NCBI GenBank assembly: GCA_964016885.1
Contig: OZ024743.1
Coordinates: forward strand, 72,788,001 to 72,852,000
Length of the DNA: 64,000 nt
Reading direction: 5' to 3'
Origin: Eledone cirrhosa
Lineage: Eukaryota
The notes under the pieces were generated by a model. That model was not told the DNA's origin. It saw only the letters and a list, made by a program, of their open reading frames with translations, and ran no database searches. The position numbers and the translations under genes are program-made. Positions 53,767-64,000 of the stretch are shown here, one piece after another. Every line of letters begins with the position of its first letter. The first letter of the stretch is position 1.

Positions 53767-56090
53767 GGTGTGTGTGTATCTGTGTGTGTGATCGAAGGAG
53801 AGAAATATAGAGAGAGGGAAAGTGAATGAAAAAGAGTGAATGAACGACATAGAATTTCAGCCAAATAGTAGCAATGCAAACCTAACGGTGTTTTTCACCT
53901 AAGAAATCACATCAAAGCGTTCGTTAATAATATAATCACGTTTGTTGCTTCAACCAAATATTTTGAACCAGATTCTATTCAATAATCTTATTTATTCAGT
54001 ACGTCTTTCATCTACATTTTTAAAAAACGTATTTCCAAAAGGTTTATCAATATCAGGCGATACAATATTTGAAAGCTAAAACCGAAATGTATGCTTCACA
54101 TTAAAGAAGGGACTCATCTCTCATATAAAATAGAGATTTATATGCAATATATTTTGATATTCATGTTTATATTTTATACAAGTGTTATTATCAGTTATCA
54201 TCAAATCATTATTATTTGAAGTTGTATTATTTCTATTGCTCCTTTTTCTTAATATAATTATGGTGGTTTTGTAATATTCAGTATATTTATGTCCTATTTA
54301 GAATGATATTAAGGGGAAAATTCACATAAATATATTTTGTATGGATAACATATTCCAAAATATGTCTTGCGGGGCAAAAGAAACAAAACAACATCTGAGA
54401 TTGAGATCTTGTTAACAAATATATGTTGAACATCATTGCACATGTTGTGCAACATTATTGACATTATATGTTATTGAATTTAGTTTCAAGTTTCTCCAGC
54501 CGCATACAAGTGGAATCAGGAATGATATCACCTTTATTCGGCCTTAGATATATCATATGCTTAGACAAGTAAGTTAATTCTATTTCATGCGTTCTTCGTG
54601 AATTTATATTAATAGTTTAGCAATACCTTCTCAGTGTTATCTAGTAAATATCTATAATATAGCAGTCTTATTTGAACCTATTATCTCATCTGAAATGGAA
54701 ACTTTGGATCTGTGTTGTAATCTTTTTGGATATGAATGTGACGAGTGAATTGATATGGTGTTGTGTTAGATATATTGATTTCAAGTAAAGAATACTATCC
54801 TGGATGATGAAGGTCTGTAGCGTACTTTCAATCAAGAAACTATTCAAGGTATTTAAATCACCTAGCTTGTTTTGGAGTTTCCGGAAGCGGTTAAGAAAAT
54901 TGACAAAGTATTTGCTGGAATCGGTAGTTTGTGAGGTCGCGGAAACTGACTGTCATTTAGATCCTTTCATCGGTTTTCTTCATAAGCTTTCCATTTCAGC
55001 TTTAGATATAGTTGTCATAGAGCACGGTGCCATTTTACGTGAAACACTTTCATACAGTAAAGATGTTTTCCTGTCTTAATCACTAGAGGGTACAGTGTGT
55101 TAATAATTGTTTTAAATTCATGAACAGTAATGTATTGACAGAAATTGGACTACATTAAGGAAGATGTCGCAGTGCGATGCATCTACTGGAGTGGTGTTCA
55201 TGCATTTGGATAATTCTTACCGAGTTACGTGCAATTTGCATTCATAAAATGACGCAATCTTTGAAATAGACAAACTGCTTCCAGTTGTCCGTAAATGCAA
55301 TATTTCCAAGCAGTGAAAAATAATTGTTTTGTCAACATACTGTAGTAAACAATGAACTGAATAATTTAGATATAGTTGTCATAGAGTTGACGTGAATATA
55401 CCTGACTATTTAAGATGTTCACCTTAGCTTTGTAGCAAAACGTGAAATTTGTGCAATTCATAAATAGATGTTGCTAGACACCTTTCATATTGCGAAAAGA
55501 ATTTTCATTTGATTTATTATATAGGAAATCACATTATTGAGTGCACAAACACGTCATCCGTCGCCAAGCTCGTGTTTACATGACTATGAAGAAGTCCGTC
55601 GCTCGTACAAGGAATCTCGTAGTATGATGTTTCACAGATTATTATTTCATAGTGTCATGAAATAATAATTTTTACGTGCGTCATATAGCTTTTGGGAAAG
55701 GAAATATAAATGATAGTAAGGAAAATAGTTCAAGACTGGCGTTTTTTCATAATACATGAATTGCTTCAAATATTTCCAATATAAAGATGTTTTATTGTAG
55801 TTGCCTATGTTCATAAATATATTGTGATTTGATTGATACGTAAACATAAATGAACAGTAAAAACTTTTCACAATTACATTCAACCTAACTAGATGGAGCA
55901 TAGATACAGTTAGATATGAAGTGAAATTAGAAGATGCTTGTGAGGACATTTATATATATATATATAATTGGTGTTGGATGCTTAAAGCGTCCGTATGCGG
56001 TAGGCCGTATGAGCACTCAATGCCCTCGTAGAGCAGAGTATGATATCACAGAAAAAAGAGAATCAATGTTGCGACGAAAGGAATTTATTG

Positions 56091-56186
56091 GACATATTAC
56101 AAATGTTTCTCGGGCGACCAGCTCGAGGCACGATCGATATGGTGATCACAATTGACTCTGAAATCAACACGGTCGCCAGATACGTC
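56091..56186 (-). ncRNA. Type I hammerhead with long stem II (A6->G)
   Basis: Minus strand: gacgtat-CTGGCGA-[63 nt]-GAAAC-ATTT-GTA-atatgtc, then aataaa. Confidence 0.6.
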
Positions 56187-56861
56187 TCGATTCTACGAAG
56201 TAGATTTTCCTATAGTCCTTTAACATCGAATTTCTTCGTTTATAGATTTAGATCTGTTGTTGTCATTCTGTGAGTGGTCAAGAATTGTACACGTCACCGG
56301 TATTTCTAGTCACTCATAGTTGCCCACTTCTTGCTTCCTCTCGTTCTACACCTGTCAATCAAAATTTCTTCATGTGTCAGCCCCTTTCCCACCACTACTG
56401 TGGTGGGAAAGGGGCTGTAATCTTGAACGGCTGGCATCACTTCGACGTCTTCATTGCCCCTAGGCGCCTTAGTCTACATCGGTCAGATACACACCCGCAA
56501 TTATGCTGTATGCGGCATTCATCATAAATAATGTTTTGCGGAAATAAAAAAAATAAAAAAATCCTGGGTATATTTAGCGTAACATTTGTAGGACATAGCC
56601 TTAGGATACACACCGCCGTACATATTTCAAAAAGGAAAGGAAAAAGAAAAAGCTTTAGCCCACCAACCCCCATTTATATCATATAAACATTTGCACCACA
56701 GCCCCCAACTCTTGTATGAAACTTTAGCACATCTCGATAATGTCCGGTCCCCCTCTGCATCATTGTCATGTATGCACTCTCTTTTTCCAGCATTTTATTT
56801 TATTATATTTTATCTTATTTTATTTTATTATTGTATACTATTTCATTATTTTATGTTATGT

Positions 56862-57046
56862 GTGGATTGGCAGTATCGGTAGAGGGTCGGACGCCATGCT
56901 TTCCAGCATAGTTATGTCCCTTTACGATCTGAGTTCAAATCCCGCCGAGGTTGACTTTGCCATTCATCCTTACGGGGTCGATAAAATAAAGTACCAGTAA
57001 TGCTCTGGGTAATTGCTGGCCTTGTGCCTCAAGTAGAAACAATTAA
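56862..57046 (+). mobile_element. Full-length SINE (Meta-domain-like)
   Basis: Head, B box, core and tail all present. Confidence 0.85.
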
Positions 57047-58073
57047 TTTATGTTCTCTGCATACAGGTTTTTTTTTTATATATGTGCCACCCACGCTATA
57101 TGCGATTAGTGCAGGGATATTGTGCTGCCGTAACATGTAGGCATATTGTGCAGACACCCTCGGACTCACACCGCCACGTGATCAGATTGGGTCAAGGCCT
57201 CAAATGCGTTGTCTCATACAATACTGTGTGCACCATCTGCGCAGCAGCGCGTGGGTGGACGGAAGGGTGGGGGGTACTCATTAAGTATATGCATCCGGTG
57301 TGGGAGCATCGGGTGCGTGTATGTATGTGGGCCCACACAGACATTCATGAGCACGGGTGTGTGCATGCATGGGTCGATGTATTTGTCTGAGCATGTATGC
57401 GTGGGGGTACGGATGACTTTCCATGGATTTTTCTTTTCCCATCTGCCTATATATGTGCGGCATCATGGCTACGCACGCTCCCCTGAGTCCAGTGTGTGAG
57501 TGGAATTGGGTCTATTTGTTGAAAACACCTTTGATATAGCCCTCCGTTTGAATGGCTGTTGAAAGCTTTCTTTTTAAAAAATGTGTTTTTAAAAAACGTT
57601 GCTACAGGTTCTTTCTTTTTCTTTTTCCTTTTCTTTTTGAAATATGTATGGCGGAGTGTATCCTAAGGCTGTGTCCTACAAATGTTACGCTAAATATACC
57701 CAGGATTTGTTGTTTTTTTTAAATTACCGCAAACCATTATTTATGATGAATGCCGCATACAGCATAATTGCGGGTGTGTACCTGACCGATGTGGACTAAG
57801 GCGCCTATGGGCAATGAAGACGTCGAAGTGATGCCAGCCGTTCAAGATTACAGCCCCTTTCCCACCACAGTAGTAATTCTGATACATGATGAAATTTTGA
57901 TTGACAGGTGTAGAACGAGAGGAAGCAAGAAGTGGGCAACTATGAGTGGCTAGAAATACCGGTGACGTGTACAATTCTTGACCACTCATGGAATGACAAC
58001 AACAGGATCTAAATCAACAAACGAAGAAATTTGATGTTAAAGGACTATAAGAAAATCTGCTTCGCACAATCGA

Positions 58074-58169
58074 GACGCATCTGACGACTGTGTTGATTTC
58101 AGAGTCAGGTGTGATAACCATATCGATCATACCTCGAGCTGGTCGCCCGAGAAACATTTGTAATATGTC
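58074..58169 (+). ncRNA. Type I hammerhead with long stem II
   Basis: gacgcat-CTGACGA-[63 nt]-GAAAC-ATTT-GTA-atatgtc, aataaa at 58171. Confidence 0.68.
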
Positions 58170-58210
58170 CAATAAATTCCTTTCGTCGCAACACTGATTC
58201 GCTTTTTCCT

Positions 58211-58265
<55 letters not shown>

Positions 58266-59245
58266 CTAACCAATTTAAAGTAAGATTTAATACCCACAAA
58301 CACAGTTTTAAAAGTGCCGCACTAGCTAATACAACATCCTTAGCTGAAATAATTAATCATTATAGAAAAAGGAATATAGATTATAACCTGACCTGGAGTG
58401 TGCTCAAAAGGGCCACCCCTTATCAAAATAATAGATATGAAAGTAGATTATGTTCCCAGGAACTTTTTGAAATAATGAAATCTAAGGATATCCTATTAAA
58501 TAAACGACAGGAATTAATTATATCAGGTAATCATAAATTGAGAAGAACTTTTAAATATTATAAACCTAATTAATATACACTTTACAAATTATTATAATAA
58601 CACTTTTTTTAAATTCGTTAACCTATAATTAATATTCTACTACTAATGAACTGCATAATTTTATTTCCCTTTTACAGCTATCTTTTCCTAAAATTTATAC
58701 CAATAAGTATACATATAAACTATTTTATATTCCTTATAATCTATATAAATTTGTTATTTCTCACTAATAAATTTACCCCCCCCCCAAAAAAATAATTATT
58801 ATTATTCTTTTTTTTTATTTTCACTTCCTTTTTAACAGCATTCTTCAATTGCATTGCATCTAACTCTTACTTATCATATCTATATGAATTAATAGAAATT
58901 TATCAATATAAATATACCTATCAATTTAATTAATTGATTTTCTTTTTTTTATAGATGTAAATTCCTTATGTTTTAAATAAGATTATTATTTTTCACTAAC
59001 ACATTTATCGTAAAATGTTATTCTCCTTAGATATTTACATTAGCATTATTCTTTTATAACTTCAAATTTTCGTGTACCTTTTACCAACTTGACCTATTTT
59101 CATCCCCAAAGTAATCCTACTATTCTACCATCTTGACCACTTACTACCTTTCTATTGGTCAATTCAAAACCTGTTCCCAAACAGACCTATTATATTAAAT
59201 CTTTGTTGGTTTTTTTCAATAAACAAATATCATTATTTCTGAAGA

Positions 59246-59297
59246 GTACCAGTAATGCACTGGGTAATTGCTGGCCTTGTGCCTAAAGTAGAAACAA
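59246..59297 (+). mobile_element. SINE 3' tail inserted with 14-bp target-site duplication
   Basis: attatttctgaaga at 59232-59245 and 59297-59310. Confidence 0.85.
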
Positions 59298-59430
59298 TTA
59301 TTTCTGAAGACAGCTTATATATGTGTAGGTATGTATATTCCCTCTGATAGTTTGAAACATTTTACATGGATCTATATGATATACATACCAACACACACAT
59401 ATATATCCTAGAAACGATCGTAAAATGATG
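59297..59430 (+). ncRNA. Type I hammerhead with 100-nt stem II insert
   Basis: attattt-CTGAAGA-[100 nt hairpin: atatatgtgt.ggtatgtatat / atatacatacc..acacatatat]-GAAAC-GATC-GTA-aaatgat. Confidence 0.75.
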
Positions 59431-59482
59431 AATTTTTTAATGTAAGGAACTGTTTCTTTCTTTTTATTCATTATTTTTATTA

Positions 59483-59526
<44 letters not shown>

Positions 59527-59680
59527 AGGGAGTGTAACTTGGAGTTACTGTAGGTTGACCCGGTTGAGCACTCGATGTTTAGGTTCACTTCTGTGTTGAG
59601 GTGTAGAGCTAGTCAGAATTGTATTTTAGTGAAATAAAATAACAAGGACGATTGTTTACTCCTTCATTGCGTTTATTGGT

Positions 59681-59768
59681 GGGTGACGCGCGTTTCGCCA
59701 CTGATCAGCTCAAGGTTCGATATGTATCGATCTATCCCGATTATGTAATTCGAGGCTCGTCAGATCCC
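59681..59768 (-). ncRNA. Type I hammerhead, intact core, about 60-nt stem II
   Basis: Minus strand: gggat-CTGACGA-gcc...ggc-GAAAC-GCGC-GTC-accc, then aataaa. Confidence 0.82.
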
Positions 59769-59780
59769 TTACAATGGTAA

Positions 59781-59828
59781 GGGGTCTGACGAATCTTGAG
59801 CTTATCAGTGGCGAAACGCGCGTCACCC
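59781..59828 (+). ncRNA. Type I hammerhead with 5' side of stem II deleted
   Basis: ggggt-CTGACGA-atcttgagcttatcagtggc-GAAAC-GCGC-GTC-accc. Confidence 0.7.
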
Positions 59829-61745
59829 ACCAATAAACGTAATGAAGGAGTAAACAATTGTCCTTGTTATTTTATTTCACTATATATATATATTCTAGAG
59901 ATGTGTTGCTTATTATGATAATATTGGTGATAATATTGGTGACTCTATCCATTAATAGTTTAGTAGCATTTGAGGTATATTAACATTCACATTTATTGTT
60001 GAACATATTTGGTGCATATATTAACGTTAACACTATATAGACGCACTATACGCGTTAATGTTTGGAAATGTACCAGTAGGGAGTGTCGTTATTCTTATAC
60101 GCTGATGCGAGATATTTCACTTCTAGGCTACATTTAGAAAATTCTTCATTACAGAATTACAAAGTTACGCATTCGTTTCAGTAATTTAAATTCTGCAATT
60201 TTAGGAACATTTCGTAGATAATTTCGATATATTCCGAATGGCTTAATCTTGATTTCAGAGCGATTTCGTCGATATTTGTAATTATAGTAAGTAAGAATCT
60301 CGCGAAAATTAATGCAAGAGAAATTTAAAAGAGCTCACATTAAATACAATTCCCGTTGAAAATGGAAATTCATTTGCATGTAGATGTTGATAAAATATAT
60401 AGGATATAGATAAGGTTCTTGCAAGTATTAAGCAGTTATTTATACCACGAAATAAATACATACCACCAGCATCTAACATTAATTGCCCTGTCATGATTTA
60501 TCTAATGGCATCGACGTATTAGTTGACGGGTTAATTCCTGCGTTATCGTTTTTACATCGATTCTTTTCTATAGCATAACTTCAGATGAAATAGATTATTC
60601 TATATCTTTATCATTTCATCGCGTTTGAATCATTCATGTTATCGAATCAAAATCTGAGAAGCATTTGTTACCACCCTCAGCTGATTGTGAATTCCTCTTG
60701 GTATACTTCTGATTCAACGTACATATGATACAGTTAAGCATTATAAACATACGAAAGAGGCATTGAATTATTGTCAAAATGTCATAGGTATGTTTAAAAC
60801 TAGAGAATACAGTATATTTGTGGACATGAAAACATTTAACCTTCAACAGATACTTGTAAAAATGTTTGAATGTTTGATTGTAGTGAATATAATTCATCTA
60901 ATCCCACAGATATCCTTAATATGCTATGAGACTCATACGCAATCACAAGTGTTGTTGGATAACATAGCTCCCTCTGCTTCTGGACTTATTATTCTTGAGT
61001 GAAACGTTAATCAATATAGGTTTTAATTGAGTTTATTTACTGGAGTGTAGTGTATAGCATTTAATAAAATAAATTTTCTTTCTTTATAAAATTAATGAGG
61101 TATGTAGATATGACTGTATGTAGTGTTCTGTGGAAGAATGGACTGAATAATCCAGTAAGCAACGGGGTCTATAGCTTAAATAATGACATTTTAGCGGAGC
61201 ATAGATTCACAATTTATTATTTGTAAAGGAAAGACAGATGACTACACAAAATAATCCTAACTTAATTTACATCTGAATACACAGTAAATACGTATTAAAA
61301 GATATAGTCCGTTGATAATAATAAATTGATGTATATATATATATATACGCTGCCCAGAGCAGGGCGAAAACACGTGTTATTTGGATCAAATGAACGGCTC
61401 TCATGAATTTGGGAAAATGCTAGAGAGGCAGCCCAACCATTCGAATTTACTAGCTCAACAATTTGGAGCTCATTAATTATACAAGGATCGGAATTAGAAT
61501 ATTCCGCAGTTCACAGTAATAATAATATTAGCTCAAAGAAGAACAGAGAATTTTCAACTGAGCTCAAATACAAATATATTACACAGAGAGAAGTGTGTTA
61601 CACAGTGAGATGTGTGTAAAGAATTATTACATGTGAGTTTAACCGTTATTGTATGGAAAACAACACCTACAGGTTAGCAATTAAATATAAAGAACACTAA
61701 AATCTCCGAAGTAGAGTTTCAAATTACCAACCTTATAACTATAAG

Positions 61746-61820
61746 CTTGCTGATACGAATCTATTTCGTTTCGCCACTGAAATGTGTAGTGTAAAGGTCC
61801 ACAGGTTCCTCAGTCAGCAA
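61746..61820 (-). ncRNA. Type I hammerhead (left arm)
   Basis: Reverse complement of 61865-61940 with intact core. Confidence 0.85.
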
Positions 61821-61864
61821 ATGTGGAATTCCATTAGTCTAGATGTGTAGCGGACAATTCCACA

Positions 61865-61940
61865 CTTGCTGACTGAGGAACCTGTGGACTTTTACACTAC
61901 ACATTTCACTGGCGAAACGAAATAGATTCGTATCAGCAAG
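61865..61940 (+). ncRNA. Type I hammerhead with a true stem III (right arm)
   Basis: cttgctga-CTGAGGA-acctgtgga...ttcactggc-GAAA-CGAA atag a TTCG-TA-tcagcaag: 8-bp perfect stem I, 5-bp stem III, GUA triplet. Confidence 0.88.
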
Positions 61941-62134
61941 CTTATAGTTATAAGGTTGGTAATTTAAAACTCTACTTTGGAGATTTGATTCTGACTTAGT
62001 GTTCTTTCTATTTAATTGCTAACCTGTAGGTGTTGTTTTCCATACAGTAACGGTTAAACTCACATGTAATAATTCTTTACACACATCTCACTGTGTAACA
62101 CACTTCTCTATGTGTAATATATTTGTATATATAA

Positions 62135-62190
<56 letters not shown>

Positions 62191-62195
<5 letters not shown>

Positions 62196-62456
62196 TAACA
62201 GATTAAAGTTTAAGCAAAGAATCGCTGCTTTCACCCTTAACGGGATCTACTGAAACTAACAAAGTCAATCTGTGAACGCAGATTGACTTTGTTAGTTTCA
62301 GAAGATCCCGTTAAGGGTGAAAGCAGCGATTCTTTGCTTAAACTTTAATCTGTTATTTTAATAAATATTTGCTCTACGGTTCTTATATATTTGATATATA
62401 TTTATCCTTATCGAGCCCTCTTTGGATTTTAGTCTTCAAATTTATTATTATTACTA
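62191..62456. mobile_element. TA-flanked foldback (family of 11755-12540)
   Basis: 62191-62272 is inverted relative to 62279-62361. Confidence 0.88.
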
Positions 62457-62578
62457 TGTATATATATATATATATCTTTAATACGTATTTACTCAGTATT
62501 CAGTAAATATATGTATATTCAGTATATAATACTCAGTAAATATATATATATATAGTCCGTTGATAATAAATTGTTGTA

Positions 62579-62661
<83 letters not shown>

Positions 62662-62830
62662 ATATCCACGGTTAGTTGTGGGGTCTAGTCTGCATGAAGA
62701 ACTCAATGTAATCCATATGTTGAAAATGTTGTAGGTTAAAATAAATCCCGGAAAACAATAAAACATCAAAAGGAAAAGAAAGTCATGATTTAAAACAATG
62801 AAATAAAAATCCAAGTTATTAGGAATATAC

Positions 62831-62976
62831 TTCACTGCTTTACGATCGTTTCTAGGTGATAATAATACATCGTACGCATATTTGGTTATCGATCTATGTA
62901 AGGTTAGTTACAAAATATCAAATAAGGAATATATTTACCTACGTGTATATCGTCAGCCGTTGTCAAAAGCAATGAA
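62831..62976 (-). ncRNA. Degenerate long-stem-II hammerhead (relative of 59297 and 6859)
   Basis: Minus strand: ttcattgctt-TTGACAA-[~105 nt]-GAAAC-GATC-GTA-aagcagtgaa; 10-bp stem I differing in sequence from the other copies. Confidence 0.6.
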
Positions 62977-63414
62977 CATTTTATTCAAAATCAATAGTAA
63001 ATTGAGTTCTATGACCTTATTTGGAGGTAGCTGAAGAACAAACCAATAAAATGGTGTTTTGCCATATGATGTTAAGATGAAATATAACTCACTTTAGTTA
63101 AGGTCATGACCTTTTGAAAGGAATGGTTGAATGGTGTTAAAAATAGAATTACTACGAAGAACCTATGAAGAAAAGGGATTGCTGAATTGATAGTGGAATG
63201 TAGATGGTGGAGTGAAGTTTAAAAAGGGATGTACAAATTATATGTTGAGTTGTGTTGTATGGAATTTTTAGGTGAATATAAATAAAGAAATATAAAATAT
63301 ACGGAAATAACTAGGATAAATATAGATAGGTAAAGTAATGGTCATAACTAGGAAGGATAGTATATTAAAAGATGAAAATTATAATAGGATAATAAAATAC
63401 AATAATATAATAAT

Positions 63415-63702
63415 ATAATTGTTTCTACAGTTGGCACAAGGCCAGCAATCGACCCCGTAATGATGAAAGGCAAAGTTAACCTCGGCGGGATTTGAACTCA
63501 GTATTAATATAATAATTGTTTCTACTTTAGGCACAAGGCCAGCCATTACCCAGTGCATTACTGCTACTTTATTTTATCGACTCCGTAAGGATGAAAGGCA
63601 AAGTTAACCTCGGCGGGATTTGAACTCAGATCGTAAAGGGACGTAACTATGCTGGAAAGCATGGCGTCCGACCCTCTACTGATACTGCCAATCCACCGCC
63701 CT
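63415..63702 (-). mobile_element. One deleted SINE (63415-63502) and one full-length SINE (63511-63702)
   Basis: Same consensus as the other Meta-domain-like copies. Confidence 0.85.
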
Positions 63703-64000
63703 TAATATAATAATATAATAATATAATATAATGTAATATAATATAGTGCAGTATGGTACATTGTATAGAGTATAGTATAGCGTATGATGCATCATAAAAT
63801 ATAAAATAGTAAATATTTTCAAGTGGGTCTATGTATAAGTAATCAATCCCAGATGAATGCATGTTGACATATAGCCAAAACGTATAATTTTCTTAGGTCA
63901 CAAAAGTACAATAGTACATATACTCACATATATAGATAGAAGTATAATTACATAGATACTCCATTAAAAACATACATACGCATTCATAGATATATACATA

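Larger units (their letters stand above)
55966..58216. mobile_element. 2.2-kb foldback element with a long-stem-II hammerhead near each outer end
   Basis: 56043-56650 is inverted relative to 57610-58216; mirrored spurious ORFs 56270(+) and 57989(-); (TA)n flanks; SINE in the spacer. Confidence 0.9.
58262..59490 (+). mobile_element. 3' fragment of Penelope-like element: GIY-YIG C-terminus, AT-rich UTR, HHR, between (TA)n tracts
   Basis: FKVRFNTHKHSFK..TTSLAE..YNLTWSVLKRATPY..RLCSQE..LLNKRQEL..GNH (58262-58573). Confidence 0.82.
59525..59882. mobile_element. TA-flanked element ending in a 255-bp foldback with a hammerhead on each arm
   Basis: 59627-59772 is inverted relative to 59777-59882 (right arm has an internal deletion). 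Confidence 0.88.
61345..62127. mobile_element. TA-flanked element ending in a 560-bp foldback with a hammerhead on each arm
   Basis: 61568-61835 is inverted relative to 61856-62127. Confidence 0.9.

Noticed and set aside
56270-57989. Two near-identical small ORFs (MSGQELYTSP...) on opposite strands
   Set aside because: Mirror images created by the inverted arms of the foldback; no recognisable motif
60300-61010. Possible decayed coding sequence (also 23290-23620, 34400-34960, 35700-36100, 54800-55080)
   Set aside because: No motif I can recognise in any frame; a translated search (tBLASTx or HMMER against Dfam/Pfam) would be needed

Overview
This is AT-rich, repeat-dominated eukaryotic DNA with no recognisable host protein-coding gene; the microsatellite and SINE content suggests an octopus or other cephalopod (inference). 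Most listed ORFs are artefacts of (TA)n, (CA)n, (GA)n and (GGT)n repeats. The real coding remnants are retrotransposons: a frameshifted Penelope-like element (PLE; RT plus GIY-YIG), four C-terminal GIY-YIG fragments, an L1/Tx1-like element, several R4/Dong-like elements, a HERO/NeSL-like endonuclease fragment, and RTE- and CR1-like tails. About a dozen tRNA-derived SINEs are also present. The hidden structure is roughly 30 type I hammerhead ribozyme (HHR) motifs, found by eye, in about 10 sequence families. They sit almost always in short non-coding elements bounded by (TA)n tracts, arranged as tandem arrays or foldbacks. The clearest case is a near-identical 8 x 310 bp tandem array plus one inverted copy (12667-15449), with one intact minimal HHR per unit: a retrozyme-like element predicted to release 310-nt monomer RNAs. 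Several families have unusually long stem II inserts (about 60-115 nt), and several foldbacks carry an outward-facing HHR on each arm. No folding or database searches were run, and coordinates are hand-read to within a few bases.
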